Positions 42,254 through 50,018 of a stretch of 64,000 bases of DNA are shown piece after piece; positions within the stretch are counted from its first letter, which is position 1; each line of letters begins with the position of its first letter. The DNA lies in NCBI GenBank assembly GCA_965218435.1, contig CBDCKW010000009.1, positions 2,368,001 through 2,432,000 on the forward strand. The letters are read 5' to 3'. The DNA is from Truepera sp. (GTDB taxonomy: Bacteria; Deinococcota; Deinococci; Deinococcales; Trueperaceae). The position numbers and the translations under genes are program-made. The notes below the pieces were generated by a model. It was not told where the DNA came from. It did no database searches and was given only the letters and a program-made list of their open reading frames with translations.

Positions 42254-43318
42254 GTGAAGGAACCGGCAGAAAGAGTGGTGAGCACAGCGGGAACGCTCGA
42301 GGTCGTCGTTCGGGGCGCAGCGTGCGTGCTGGGCGGCCTCGTCGGACTTTTTATCGGCCGCTGGCTCGTCGGGCCGGTTCTTACTGAAAGTATTAACCTG
42401 GTTTATCTAACGCTGTTAGGGCTGCTTTTGGGCTACCTCCTGAGTGCGCGACTGGTTGGCCCCGCCGAACGCACCGTGCGCTGGTTTCAGCGTCTATCGC
42501 CCGACGCTGTGTTAGCTGCCGGTGTAGGCGCGACCGCCGCGCTCGTGATGACCGTGCTCTTAAACAGCGTGTTAGAGCAGGTCCCGGGCTTTTCGTGGCA
42601 GGTGTCGGTGCTGATGACGACGCTGCTCGTCGCCGCGTCGTCGTGGTTTTTTGTGCAGAACCGAGCCCTGCTTTTACGGGTAAGGCAGTCTGACAGGACT
42701 GAACGTGCGCCTCGGCAAGCAGCACCTTTATTTACGGTCCTCGACACCTCCGCGCTGATTGACGGCCGCGTCAGTGCGGTGGTAGACACACATTTTTTAG
42801 ACGGCCTGGTCTTGCTGCCGCAGGTCGTGCTGTTCGAGCTGCAACGCATCGCCGATTCAGACGACCCCACCAGACGCCGCCGGGGACGACGGGGCCTCGA
42901 GGTCTTGGCGCAGCTCGAGAAAACCCTGGGGGACGACCTCGAGCTCGTCCCTGATACCTTTGGTGCTGAAGCCGTAGACACCAAACTCGTCAAGCTATGT
43001 TTAGGGCGGCGTGCCCGTCTGCTCACCACCGACTACAACTTGGCCCGCGTCGCGGCTGTGGGCGGCGTCACGGTCCTCAATCCCAACGCGCTGGCGAACG
43101 CCCTCAGACCGGGCTTTACCACCGGCGAAACGCTCCACGTGCAGATCACCAAACCCGGCCGCGAACCGGGGCAGGGGCTGGCGTATTTAGACGACGGGAC
43201 GATGGTCGTGGTTGAAGGGGCCGGGGACAAAGTAGGGCAAAAGGTGAGCGCAGCCGTAACGAGTCACCTGCAGACGCAAGTCGGGCAGATGGTGTTTGCC
43301 CAGCTCGAGGCTCCCTAA
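42254..43318 (+). CDS. PIN/TRAM domain membrane protein (YacL-like)
   Basis: TM helices, LDTSALIDGR, RGRRGLEVL, YLDDGTMVVVE; follows radA. Confidence 0.92.
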   Translation: MKEPAERVVSTAGTLEVVVRGAACVLGGLVGLFIGRWLVGPVLTESINLVYLTLLGLLLGYLLSARLVGPAERTVRWFQRLSPDAVLAAGVGATAALVMTVLLNSVLEQVPGFSWQVSVLMTTLLVAASSWFFVQNRALLLRVRQSDRTERAPRQAAPLFTVLDTSALIDGRVSAVVDTHFLDGLVLLPQVVLFELQRIADSDDPTRRRRGRRGLEVLAQLEKTLGDDLELVPDTFGAEAVDTKLVKLCLGRRARLLTTDYNLARVAAVGGVTVLNPNALANALRPGFTTGETLHVQITKPGREPGQGLAYLDDGTMVVVEGAGDKVGQKVSAAVTSHLQTQVGQMVFAQLEAP

Positions 43319-43450
43319 AAACTGGGAGTTCATTAGCTTTCAAGAGTTTGAACAGTCCTAACAAAAGTGATTAAAACAGCGATGAACGCCGCTGAGTTGC
43401 TTCGCGCAGAGGGGCCGGAGGCGGTCATGCAGCGGTATAACGGGGTGGCT

Positions 43451-43645
43451 TTACGCGAGGGATAGCTCGAGAAACGTCACGGCCTGCTCACGACTTACGC
43501 CGGGAAAACCGTCTAAAAACTCGTCTAAGGTGTCGCCACTCGCAAGATAATCGAGTAGCGTCTGTACAGGAACACGCGTACCCACGAAAACGGGCGTGCC
43601 TCCCAGAATGTCAGGGTCGGAATGGTAGACCTCTTCGCGTTTCAT
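43451..43645 (-). CDS. DUF433 family antitoxin-like protein
   Basis: DPDILGGTPVFVGTRVPVQTLLDYL...FLDGFP. Confidence 0.9.
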   Translation of the reverse strand: MKREEVYHSDPDILGGTPVFVGTRVPVQTLLDYLASGDTLDEFLDGFPGVSREQAVTFLELSLA

Positions 43646-43711
43646 CTGAATGAGATTTTAGCATATCGGGTTTGGAAGTTAGCTCGAGCCCCAACCACAC
43701 AAACCGATGCA

Positions 43712-43939
43712 TTAGCTGAGTTTTTCAAAGTCTCGAGTGGCTGTCAAAAGTCGTTCAGTGTTGGCGGGACTACGCAGCAAGTACATCGTTTCTTGCCAAG
43801 CGTTCCAGTCGTCCAAGCTTATCATGACCACGGCCTTGTCACTGCCTCTGGTGATGATGACGGGGGTATGGTCGTCTACAACATCATTTATCGCGCTTGC
43901 CAAGTTTTTGCGTGCTGTGGTGTAGTTGAGCGTTTTCAC
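43712..43939 (-). CDS. Phd/YefM family antitoxin
   Basis: YTTARKNLAS...PVIITR...VMISLDDWNAWQETMYLLRSPAN; GTG 43939 preferred. Confidence 0.9.
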   Translation of the reverse strand: MKTLNYTTARKNLASAINDVVDDHTPVIITRGSDKAVVMISLDDWNAWQETMYLLRSPANTERLLTATRDFEKLS

Positions 43940-44020
43940 ATGTACATCATAGCGTGCAACTATAGTAGAGCTCGCCTCACGACTCAAACGGACAGTTTAG
44001 CGTCCTCCACGACGCTTAAC

Positions 44021-44644
44021 TCAAGTCTGACTCGTGATAAACCTTGCAATAAGCGATAGCGAATTGATGTGGAACTCATATTTTGTAGGCGTAGAACTTG
44101 TGTGAAAAGCTCGTAAATATCCTAAAGGTTTCTTCTCTCTTGGATTGAATCGCTGTGTTCCAATTACTTGCTTAGTGAATTTCTCCAAACTGTAACTGCT
44201 TTGATGTGCAAGAACATTTCTAACGCTCTGAGATTGCTGGAGTATGCCTCTGTAACTATCGTTTAATGAAGTAAAAGGTCTCCCGCCCGTAAAGAAAAGT
44301 TTTGAACGTTTTTCTGTATGATTGAAGGGAAGCCAATTAACATAGTTGCCATTGCCTTCAGCAAAAATAAGTTCTCGGGCAATAGCGTGAGTTTTCGCTA
44401 GCACTCGAGCATTGACGTTGGCTTGAGAATAACCTTTTCCATTAACAAGCAACCCTATGAACAGGTCTTCTAAAAACCCCTCGAATGACGTGAAGGCACT
44501 TAGATAAAGCGCGGCGTATGTATGTTCGACAAGACTCAGTGTAACCAAATCTTCTGCATAAAGAGCATCTATTTCTTTGCGTGTTCTTTCTAAAGAGTTG
44601 ATTTGCCTGATGAACTGTTGTGCAAGTGAACTACTGGGTTTCAC
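44021..44644 (-). CDS. HEPN-domain protein (RiboL-PSP/MAE_28990-like)
   Basis: FEGFLEDLF helix and RxxxxH motif RNVLAH; AT-rich; abuts the DUF262 gene. Confidence 0.7.
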   Translation of the reverse strand: MKPSSSLAQQFIRQINSLERTRKEIDALYAEDLVTLSLVEHTYAALYLSAFTSFEGFLEDLFIGLLVNGKGYSQANVNARVLAKTHAIARELIFAEGNGNYVNWLPFNHTEKRSKLFFTGGRPFTSLNDSYRGILQQSQSVRNVLAHQSSYSLEKFTKQVIGTQRFNPREKKPLGYLRAFHTSSTPTKYEFHINSLSLIARFITSQT

Positions 44645-45730
44645 CTATTCAAGAAATTCTTTTACATAGTTTATAAGCTGACGCCGACTGTCTGCATCTG
44701 TCGTTGCTCCGCGTAAAGCGTTGCTAAGCTTCTGAGGCAGACTATCATTTTGAAGGGAGGAAGATGCGTTCTTCAAAGCCTGGTGCATGTTTTTAGGCAA
44801 AACCTTAAGTTTCGTATTGTCACCCAAAGGAAGACCTATTCCGAATAGCATGTCGTAGTAAACACCAAATAAAACATAAAAAAGTGCTTTTCGAGAGAAA
44901 ATTAAAGTCCTCAACTCGTTACCTATAGTGTCTTCAATACTATCCATAACAGTGCGAAAACGCGATTCCAATTCAGCCCTTTTCGCGAAATCCTTATCAT
45001 TTTCTTTATACCAATTATCAATCTCACTTTGATTTTTCTTTTGAACTCCTGACAGTATCATCACTGCAAGCTCGCTAGTAGTCTCAACCTCTTCCATACG
45101 CGCAATATTATTTTCTGTAAAGATTCCCCAGTTGCGCCAACGTGTAAGCTGCTCGTAAGCAAGATCATACATTAGGGTTTTGAATTCCCCAAAATACTTG
45201 GCATTACGGAGTTCTTGACTGTTAGCTTTTAAGCCAGTTGAATTGAGCCTCGCAAAGATTTCCAGAACCAAACGATCATCTGTACCTAAAGGTAATATGT
45301 GAATTGCAAATTCATAGTTCAAAATTTGCTGTTTTTGAACGCTCGCAAGTGATGAGAAATGCTTGCCAGCAAGTTCATCATTATGTGACTTTCGGACAGT
45401 AAATTGATCTTTGTCCTTATCAAAATTGTTCAGTAAAACGGGATCAATAAAGCTAAAGATTGTTCTAAGACGTTGTTGTCCGTCAACCACTTCACGTATA
45501 GGTTCTATACCACTCGAAGCAAATTCCTCTCGAATGATTATTGGTGGCACAGGTAAACCACGAGTAACAGTATCTATTAGAAATGATTTAGCACTTTTAG
45601 ACCAAACGGGTCGGCGCTGAAACTTTGGACTAAGCTCTAATGATTTTGAACGTTGCCAAGATACAAAGTCGCTAACCTTGTACATGGTCGTTTTCACTTG
45701 CAGAGCATCCGTAACAAGTACGCTGGACAT
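44645..45730 (-). CDS. DUF262 (GmrSD N-terminal/ParB-like) protein
   Basis: FQRRPVW, VVDGQQRL, IFARLNSTG motifs; AT-rich. Confidence 0.9.
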   Translation of the reverse strand: MSSVLVTDALQVKTTMYKVSDFVSWQRSKSLELSPKFQRRPVWSKSAKSFLIDTVTRGLPVPPIIIREEFASSGIEPIREVVDGQQRLRTIFSFIDPVLLNNFDKDKDQFTVRKSHNDELAGKHFSSLASVQKQQILNYEFAIHILPLGTDDRLVLEIFARLNSTGLKANSQELRNAKYFGEFKTLMYDLAYEQLTRWRNWGIFTENNIARMEEVETTSELAVMILSGVQKKNQSEIDNWYKENDKDFAKRAELESRFRTVMDSIEDTIGNELRTLIFSRKALFYVLFGVYYDMLFGIGLPLGDNTKLKVLPKNMHQALKNASSSLQNDSLPQKLSNALRGATTDADSRRQLINYVKEFLE

Positions 45731-45824
45731 GAGTCATTGTACTCCACAAGCCTACTTAGTTCAAAAACCAAGTAGCATAGCGGCACTCAGGTTTAATACA
45801 GTAAAAGTTTCTTGGTCTTTCATT

Positions 45825-47717
45825 TCATCCCAAGACATCCAGCGCCTCATCATCCGTTACCGTCTCATCCATCTCTTTACGCCGCGTCGCCCACGCCGGA
45901 AACGGAAAGTTCAGCATCATCGGTTGCGGCACGTCGGGCTGATGGACGATCATCGTACCGGGAGCCAGGATCGTCGCACGACCCAAAAAGCTGCGCGGCA
46001 TAAAACGGTATTCGGCGCGTTCACTTTCAGCGGCGTCGAGTCGCCCGACAATCCGCACCGCCGCGTTGCTCACGACCCGGCGCTCAACTTCGCTGGCGGT
46101 CTGCTGCGCCCCGATGAGGATAATCCCCAAACTCCGCCCGCGTTCGGCAATGTCTAAGAGCACGTCTTTGATGGGGCTGTCACCTTCAGCGGGCGCGTAT
46201 TTGTTCAGCTCGTCTAGGACGACGAAGATTTGGCCGCGACTGTTTCGGCCTTCTTGGGCTTCAAAGACGCCGCGCAGCAACACGCCGACGACAAACATTT
46301 GGGCTAGGGGTGCGAGGGTGTGAATGTCCACGACGTGAACTTGTTCGGGACTGTCCAAAAGCTCGAGCCGTGACCGCTTGACCTCCCCCGCCGAGAGATC
46401 GCCACGCACGAGCGCCCGCAGGTGTTTGGATGCGCCGCGCAACCGCCGAATCAGCGCCTCACGCGTGGCTTTCGCTTGATTGGCCGTCCAGCGCGGGTCC
46501 CCGCCTTTGTTGCTGCCGCCGGTGCCGTCATCTTCGCCCGCGTTCTTTTTGAGGAGTTTGTACTCGAGGTACTCCACCAAGTCGTCAAACTTAGTCAGCC
46601 GCACGCCCAAACCGCTACCCAACCGGTCAATCGAGACACCCTCGTCCGCGCCCATCCGAACCCGGCCCCGCGTGTCTACGTCACGCTCTAAAGCAAAGTC
46701 CGAATCGCCGTCTTCGGTCTCGAGGTGTGGCCCGCGCTGTTTTTCAGCGAGCTTAAAAAGCCGCTCTTCCAGATGCGACACCAAAAAGCCTAAGTTCGTC
46801 ATCGCATCTTTGTCAGCTAAAACGAAAGGCAGCATCCGCTCGCGGGCAAAATCGCGGAGTGTCCATAAATACGGCGACACACCGCCCCGCCCCTGCGCGG
46901 AGGCCATCACCCCGCTGCCCTCGAGCGCGGGCGCGTGTAGTCCGACGCTTTCAAACGGTTTGGCAGGCAACTCCAAAATCTCGTACCGGGTACGGTCGCT
47001 GCGGCGCTTTTCTTGCCACTTGCCTTCTTGCTCGGCAAAGTCTTTGTTGGCTTGGTCTAAAAAGAGCAGGTCTTCACCTTTGACGTTAAAGATCACCGCT
47101 TTGCTCGCGTTCGGGTTACTTAAGAGACTCGTCCCTTTCTCACGTTTACGGTGTTGCGCGTTAAAGATGCTGTATAGCAAAAAGAGCGCATACGAGGTTT
47201 TGGTCGCAATCCCGGAAATCCCCGAGATGTTGATGTGCGCGCCCTTTTGCCCGCTGATAAAGTCGAAGTTGATAAACCCCGGTTCACCGTTGCGCAGCAC
47301 ACCTGCGGGGAGCGGCGCGTCCATGCTGTCGAGGTAGAGGGCTTTTGCTAACGCGTCACCCGTTGCCAGCCGTACCGAGTCGCCGGGGGTCGGGGGAATG
47401 TAGTCTTCAGGTTCGACGCGGGTCACGAGGACGTGCGCGGCGTAAGCGATGTTCGCAGGCATCAGGCCGCTTGAAACGAGTTCGGTGTCCCCGTCAAACT
47501 GGACGCCTTCAAAGCGGCGACGCACCTCGTCTACGACGCCGTAAAAGATGACCTTTTCCCTGCTGCTGCTCGGGTCTTCAACTTCAACGACGATCAAATC
47601 ATCGAGTTGAACTTTGCACCCGTCTAGCACGCCGAACCAAAACTGTAAGGGCGTCGCATCTTCGGTACCCAACACCATCCCGATAGGTAGATCGCTGAAC
47701 TGGATGATCTCGGCCAT
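45825..47717 (-). CDS. herA: HerA-type ATPase/helicase
   Basis: N-terminal HAS-like barrel, HINISGISGIATKT Walker A variant, VVLDE, ERGRSLG, AQQ; coupled to nurA. Confidence 0.88.
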   Translation of the reverse strand: MAEIIQFSDLPIGMVLGTEDATPLQFWFGVLDGCKVQLDDLIVVEVEDPSSSREKVIFYGVVDEVRRRFEGVQFDGDTELVSSGLMPANIAYAAHVLVTRVEPEDYIPPTPGDSVRLATGDALAKALYLDSMDAPLPAGVLRNGEPGFINFDFISGQKGAHINISGISGIATKTSYALFLLYSIFNAQHRKREKGTSLLSNPNASKAVIFNVKGEDLLFLDQANKDFAEQEGKWQEKRRSDRTRYEILELPAKPFESVGLHAPALEGSGVMASAQGRGGVSPYLWTLRDFARERMLPFVLADKDAMTNLGFLVSHLEERLFKLAEKQRGPHLETEDGDSDFALERDVDTRGRVRMGADEGVSIDRLGSGLGVRLTKFDDLVEYLEYKLLKKNAGEDDGTGGSNKGGDPRWTANQAKATREALIRRLRGASKHLRALVRGDLSAGEVKRSRLELLDSPEQVHVVDIHTLAPLAQMFVVGVLLRGVFEAQEGRNSRGQIFVVLDELNKYAPAEGDSPIKDVLLDIAERGRSLGIILIGAQQTASEVERRVVSNAAVRIVGRLDAAESERAEYRFMPRSFLGRATILAPGTMIVHQPDVPQPMMLNFPFPAWATRRKEMDETVTDDEALDVLG

Positions 47718-48727
47718 TAGGCAGCATCCTCGAGACTAGCTAGATGCTGCATCACCCGGCGGCGGATAATCTGCGCGTTCCCCATCCGCCGAGCGAGTTC
47801 GCCCTCGAGCGCCCGGATCGGCAAAAGTTGCTGCGGCGCACGCGGGTCTTGGTGTTGACGGCTGGCAAACTCAGGCAGGTTGAGGCAGCTCCAGTCGGCG
47901 AGGTTGGCTGTCCATGAGAGCCGTTCGCTCCAGTTCGGCCCTGCATAGGCTTGCAGCCGCACCATCCCGGCGAGGCTGTAGAGCCACGGGCGCGGGTCAC
48001 GGAGGCGTAAAGACCACTCGAAGTAGCTGTTTTCGGCGTCTCGAGTTCGGACGAGGTAGAGGGGCGAGCGTTCACCCTGCTCGAGAGCGCGCACCACGTT
48101 CAGCTCAGTTTCAGAGATTTTAGGCTCGTGAATCGTCTTGAGGTAGCCGATAACGTTTTTTTCACCGCTCAAAAAAGGACGTGGCCCGTCACAGATGATG
48201 AGCGCGGCCGAGTTTTGGCTGACGAGTCTCGAGGCCAACCGCTTCTCCGCGTCTAACATCTCGGTTTGGAGCCGCCGCACCACCGCGTCAGGGTCGCGTT
48301 CAACCGTCCCGACCACTTCGTAGTGAAGCTTGCCTAGGCGTGAACGCGTCTCGACCAGCGCAAAGTCCGCGGTGCTGTGACCGCTGCTGAGCGCACAGAT
48401 GCGGCGAACGAAGAGCGTTTCTTCCCCCTGCAAAAAGCTCGCCTGACGACTTTTTTTCGCGCAGCACGACACCACTCCAACACCATAAGTACCGAGTGCG
48501 CCGAACGCAACTTGCGCAGCGTCTTGCTCGAGCAACACTCGCGCTTCAATCCGGCGGCTCCCGTCCAAAAAGTAGAGGTCGTCCCAGAATGTTTCAGCAT
48601 GTTCGGGTTTGTGAGGATGCCACGGCCCTTCGACGCTCGTGTCTACGTCTTCGCGGCCGTCACCGGCGGTTTCTGCGTGGTAAGCGGTGTTGTATTCAAC
48701 CGCCCAGGGATCGAGTCTTAAGCGCAC
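47717..48727 (-). CDS. nurA: NurA nuclease
   Basis: MRLRLDPW, FLDGSRR, ICDGP, GYLKT, DPRAPQQLLPIRALE; GTG 48727 follows TATGCT. Confidence 0.85.
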   Translation of the reverse strand: MRLRLDPWAVEYNTAYHAETAGDGREDVDTSVEGPWHPHKPEHAETFWDDLYFLDGSRRIEARVLLEQDAAQVAFGALGTYGVGVVSCCAKKSRQASFLQGEETLFVRRICALSSGHSTADFALVETRSRLGKLHYEVVGTVERDPDAVVRRLQTEMLDAEKRLASRLVSQNSAALIICDGPRPFLSGEKNVIGYLKTIHEPKISETELNVVRALEQGERSPLYLVRTRDAENSYFEWSLRLRDPRPWLYSLAGMVRLQAYAGPNWSERLSWTANLADWSCLNLPEFASRQHQDPRAPQQLLPIRALEGELARRMGNAQIIRRRVMQHLASLEDAA

Positions 48728-48791
48728 GTTAAAAGCATACCCCGCAGGGTACGCCTCGCCCAAATGCAGGCGGGACTAAAAAGTTACGCTT

Positions 48792-49136
48792 ATGATTATG
48801 ACCATGCCCCCGATTGAGATTTTGAAATCCGTAGACGACCTAGACGCTGTGGCTGAAGCCTCAAAAGACGGCCCGGTGCTGCTGTTCAAACACAGCATGA
48901 CCTGCCCGTTCAGTGCGTGCGCCCAAGAACAGTTTGTCGAAATTGAGGGCATCCCCCGCTACGCCCTGACGGTGCAGTATGCCAAAGATATCTCGGCAGC
49001 GGTCGCTGAACGTTTTAAGACCGAACACGCCTCGCCGCAGCTGCTGATTATCAAAGATGGTGAGGTCATTCAGAGCTTGTACCGTTCAGAGATTCAAACG
49101 GAAGCGGTCGAGGCGTTTGTAGCGTTAGCCAGATGA
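48792..49136 (+). CDS. ytxJ: Monothiol thioredoxin-like protein (YtxJ/BrxC, DUF2847)
   Basis: LFKHSMTCPFS, HASPQLLIIKDG. Confidence 0.8.
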   Translation: MIMTMPPIEILKSVDDLDAVAEASKDGPVLLFKHSMTCPFSACAQEQFVEIEGIPRYALTVQYAKDISAAVAERFKTEHASPQLLIIKDGEVIQSLYRSEIQTEAVEAFVALAR

Positions 49137-49258
49137 GGCTGAGACGCCGCTCGAGCGCACCTAAGCTGGAACCTCAAACTTTTTTTGGGGCGCTGGGCGG
49201 CCAACGTACTTAGAGACAAATAGTATCTGTCTCCGAACCAGAGATCGCCTGGAAAAAC

Positions 49259-49597
49259 TTAGGCAGCGTGATAGTTATAGACTGACATTTGCAGCGGCGC
49301 GAACACCTTGACCTGCGCCTCTTCCAGCTTGACCCTCATAAACACTTGAGGTTTATCGGTAGGCTTTTCTGCTAAAGCAAGGTTGTGTTCGAGTAGCTCG
49401 AGATCGCTTGTAGGCAGCGCGACAAGGCGAGCACCATCGGGAATTTGCTCCCGAATATCAGGCTGTGTTACGACTAGCTCAGCTATAAATACAGCCCACC
49501 ATATCGCCCTCTGGGTGAGCGTACCTTGGGGCTCGTCCTGCGTTTCAAAGAGCCTATCCATCCGTTTCCTTTCTAAAGGCCAACCTTGACCCGACAC
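49259..49597 (-). CDS. Small protein, DUF5647-like putative antitoxin
   Basis: PDIREQIPDGARLVALPTSDLELLEHNLALA; family name recalled, not searched. Confidence 0.6.
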   Translation of the reverse strand: MSGQGWPLERKRMDRLFETQDEPQGTLTQRAIWWAVFIAELVVTQPDIREQIPDGARLVALPTSDLELLEHNLALAEKPTDKPQVFMRVKLEEAQVKVFAPLQMSVYNYHAA

Positions 49598-49618
49598 AGC
49601 TAGTATAAGCTCAAATAG

Positions 49619-49957
49619 CTAGAGATGGGTGAAAAACTCACTGAGATACCATTCCCAGCGTTGACTAAGGTCCCGGCGAGCAGCTGTAACTGCAGCGTGT
49701 AGCTCGAGCCCCAGCGATACGGATTCTCGGTGAGTTAAATAGTCGCCGTTAGGTAAAAGCCTATCTCTATGAACCTGCCCGCCGGTGTTATCATAGCGAA
49801 CGACCGCTTTCCAACGACCTTCTACCTGACACTCTAAGGTAACGGCGAAGTGCTCAATAGAGCCGTTAGAAAAGCTGACAATGTGGGTTCTGAGCTGAAG
49901 GCTTTCGCTTAGTAGGGTGGTGTAAGTATTGACCTTCGTATCAGGCGCAGCCGGCAT
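49619..49957 (-). CDS. Small RYDN..H protein (DUF7718/TumE-like putative toxin)
   Basis: WKAVVRYDNTGGQVHRDRL; TAAAAT 6 nt before ATG; family name recalled, not searched. Confidence 0.6.
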   Translation of the reverse strand: MPAAPDTKVNTYTTLLSESLQLRTHIVSFSNGSIEHFAVTLECQVEGRWKAVVRYDNTGGQVHRDRLLPNGDYLTHRESVSLGLELHAAVTAARRDLSQRWEWYLSEFFTHL

Positions 49958-50018
49958 AGCCCTATTTTAACTTTGCAAAGCAAAAACGAGGGGCGGCACT
50001 TTTTTCCGTATCCGCGCC

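Noticed and set aside
46480..47337. 285-aa ORF antisense to herA, and similar antisense ORFs across the window
   Set aside because: Shadow ORFs of GC-rich coding strands, with no motifs or start signals
45825..48727. HerA-based anti-phage system (Sir2-HerA, Nezha-like)
   Set aside because: The partner is NurA, the known Deinococcus/Thermus DNA end-resection pair, with host-like composition
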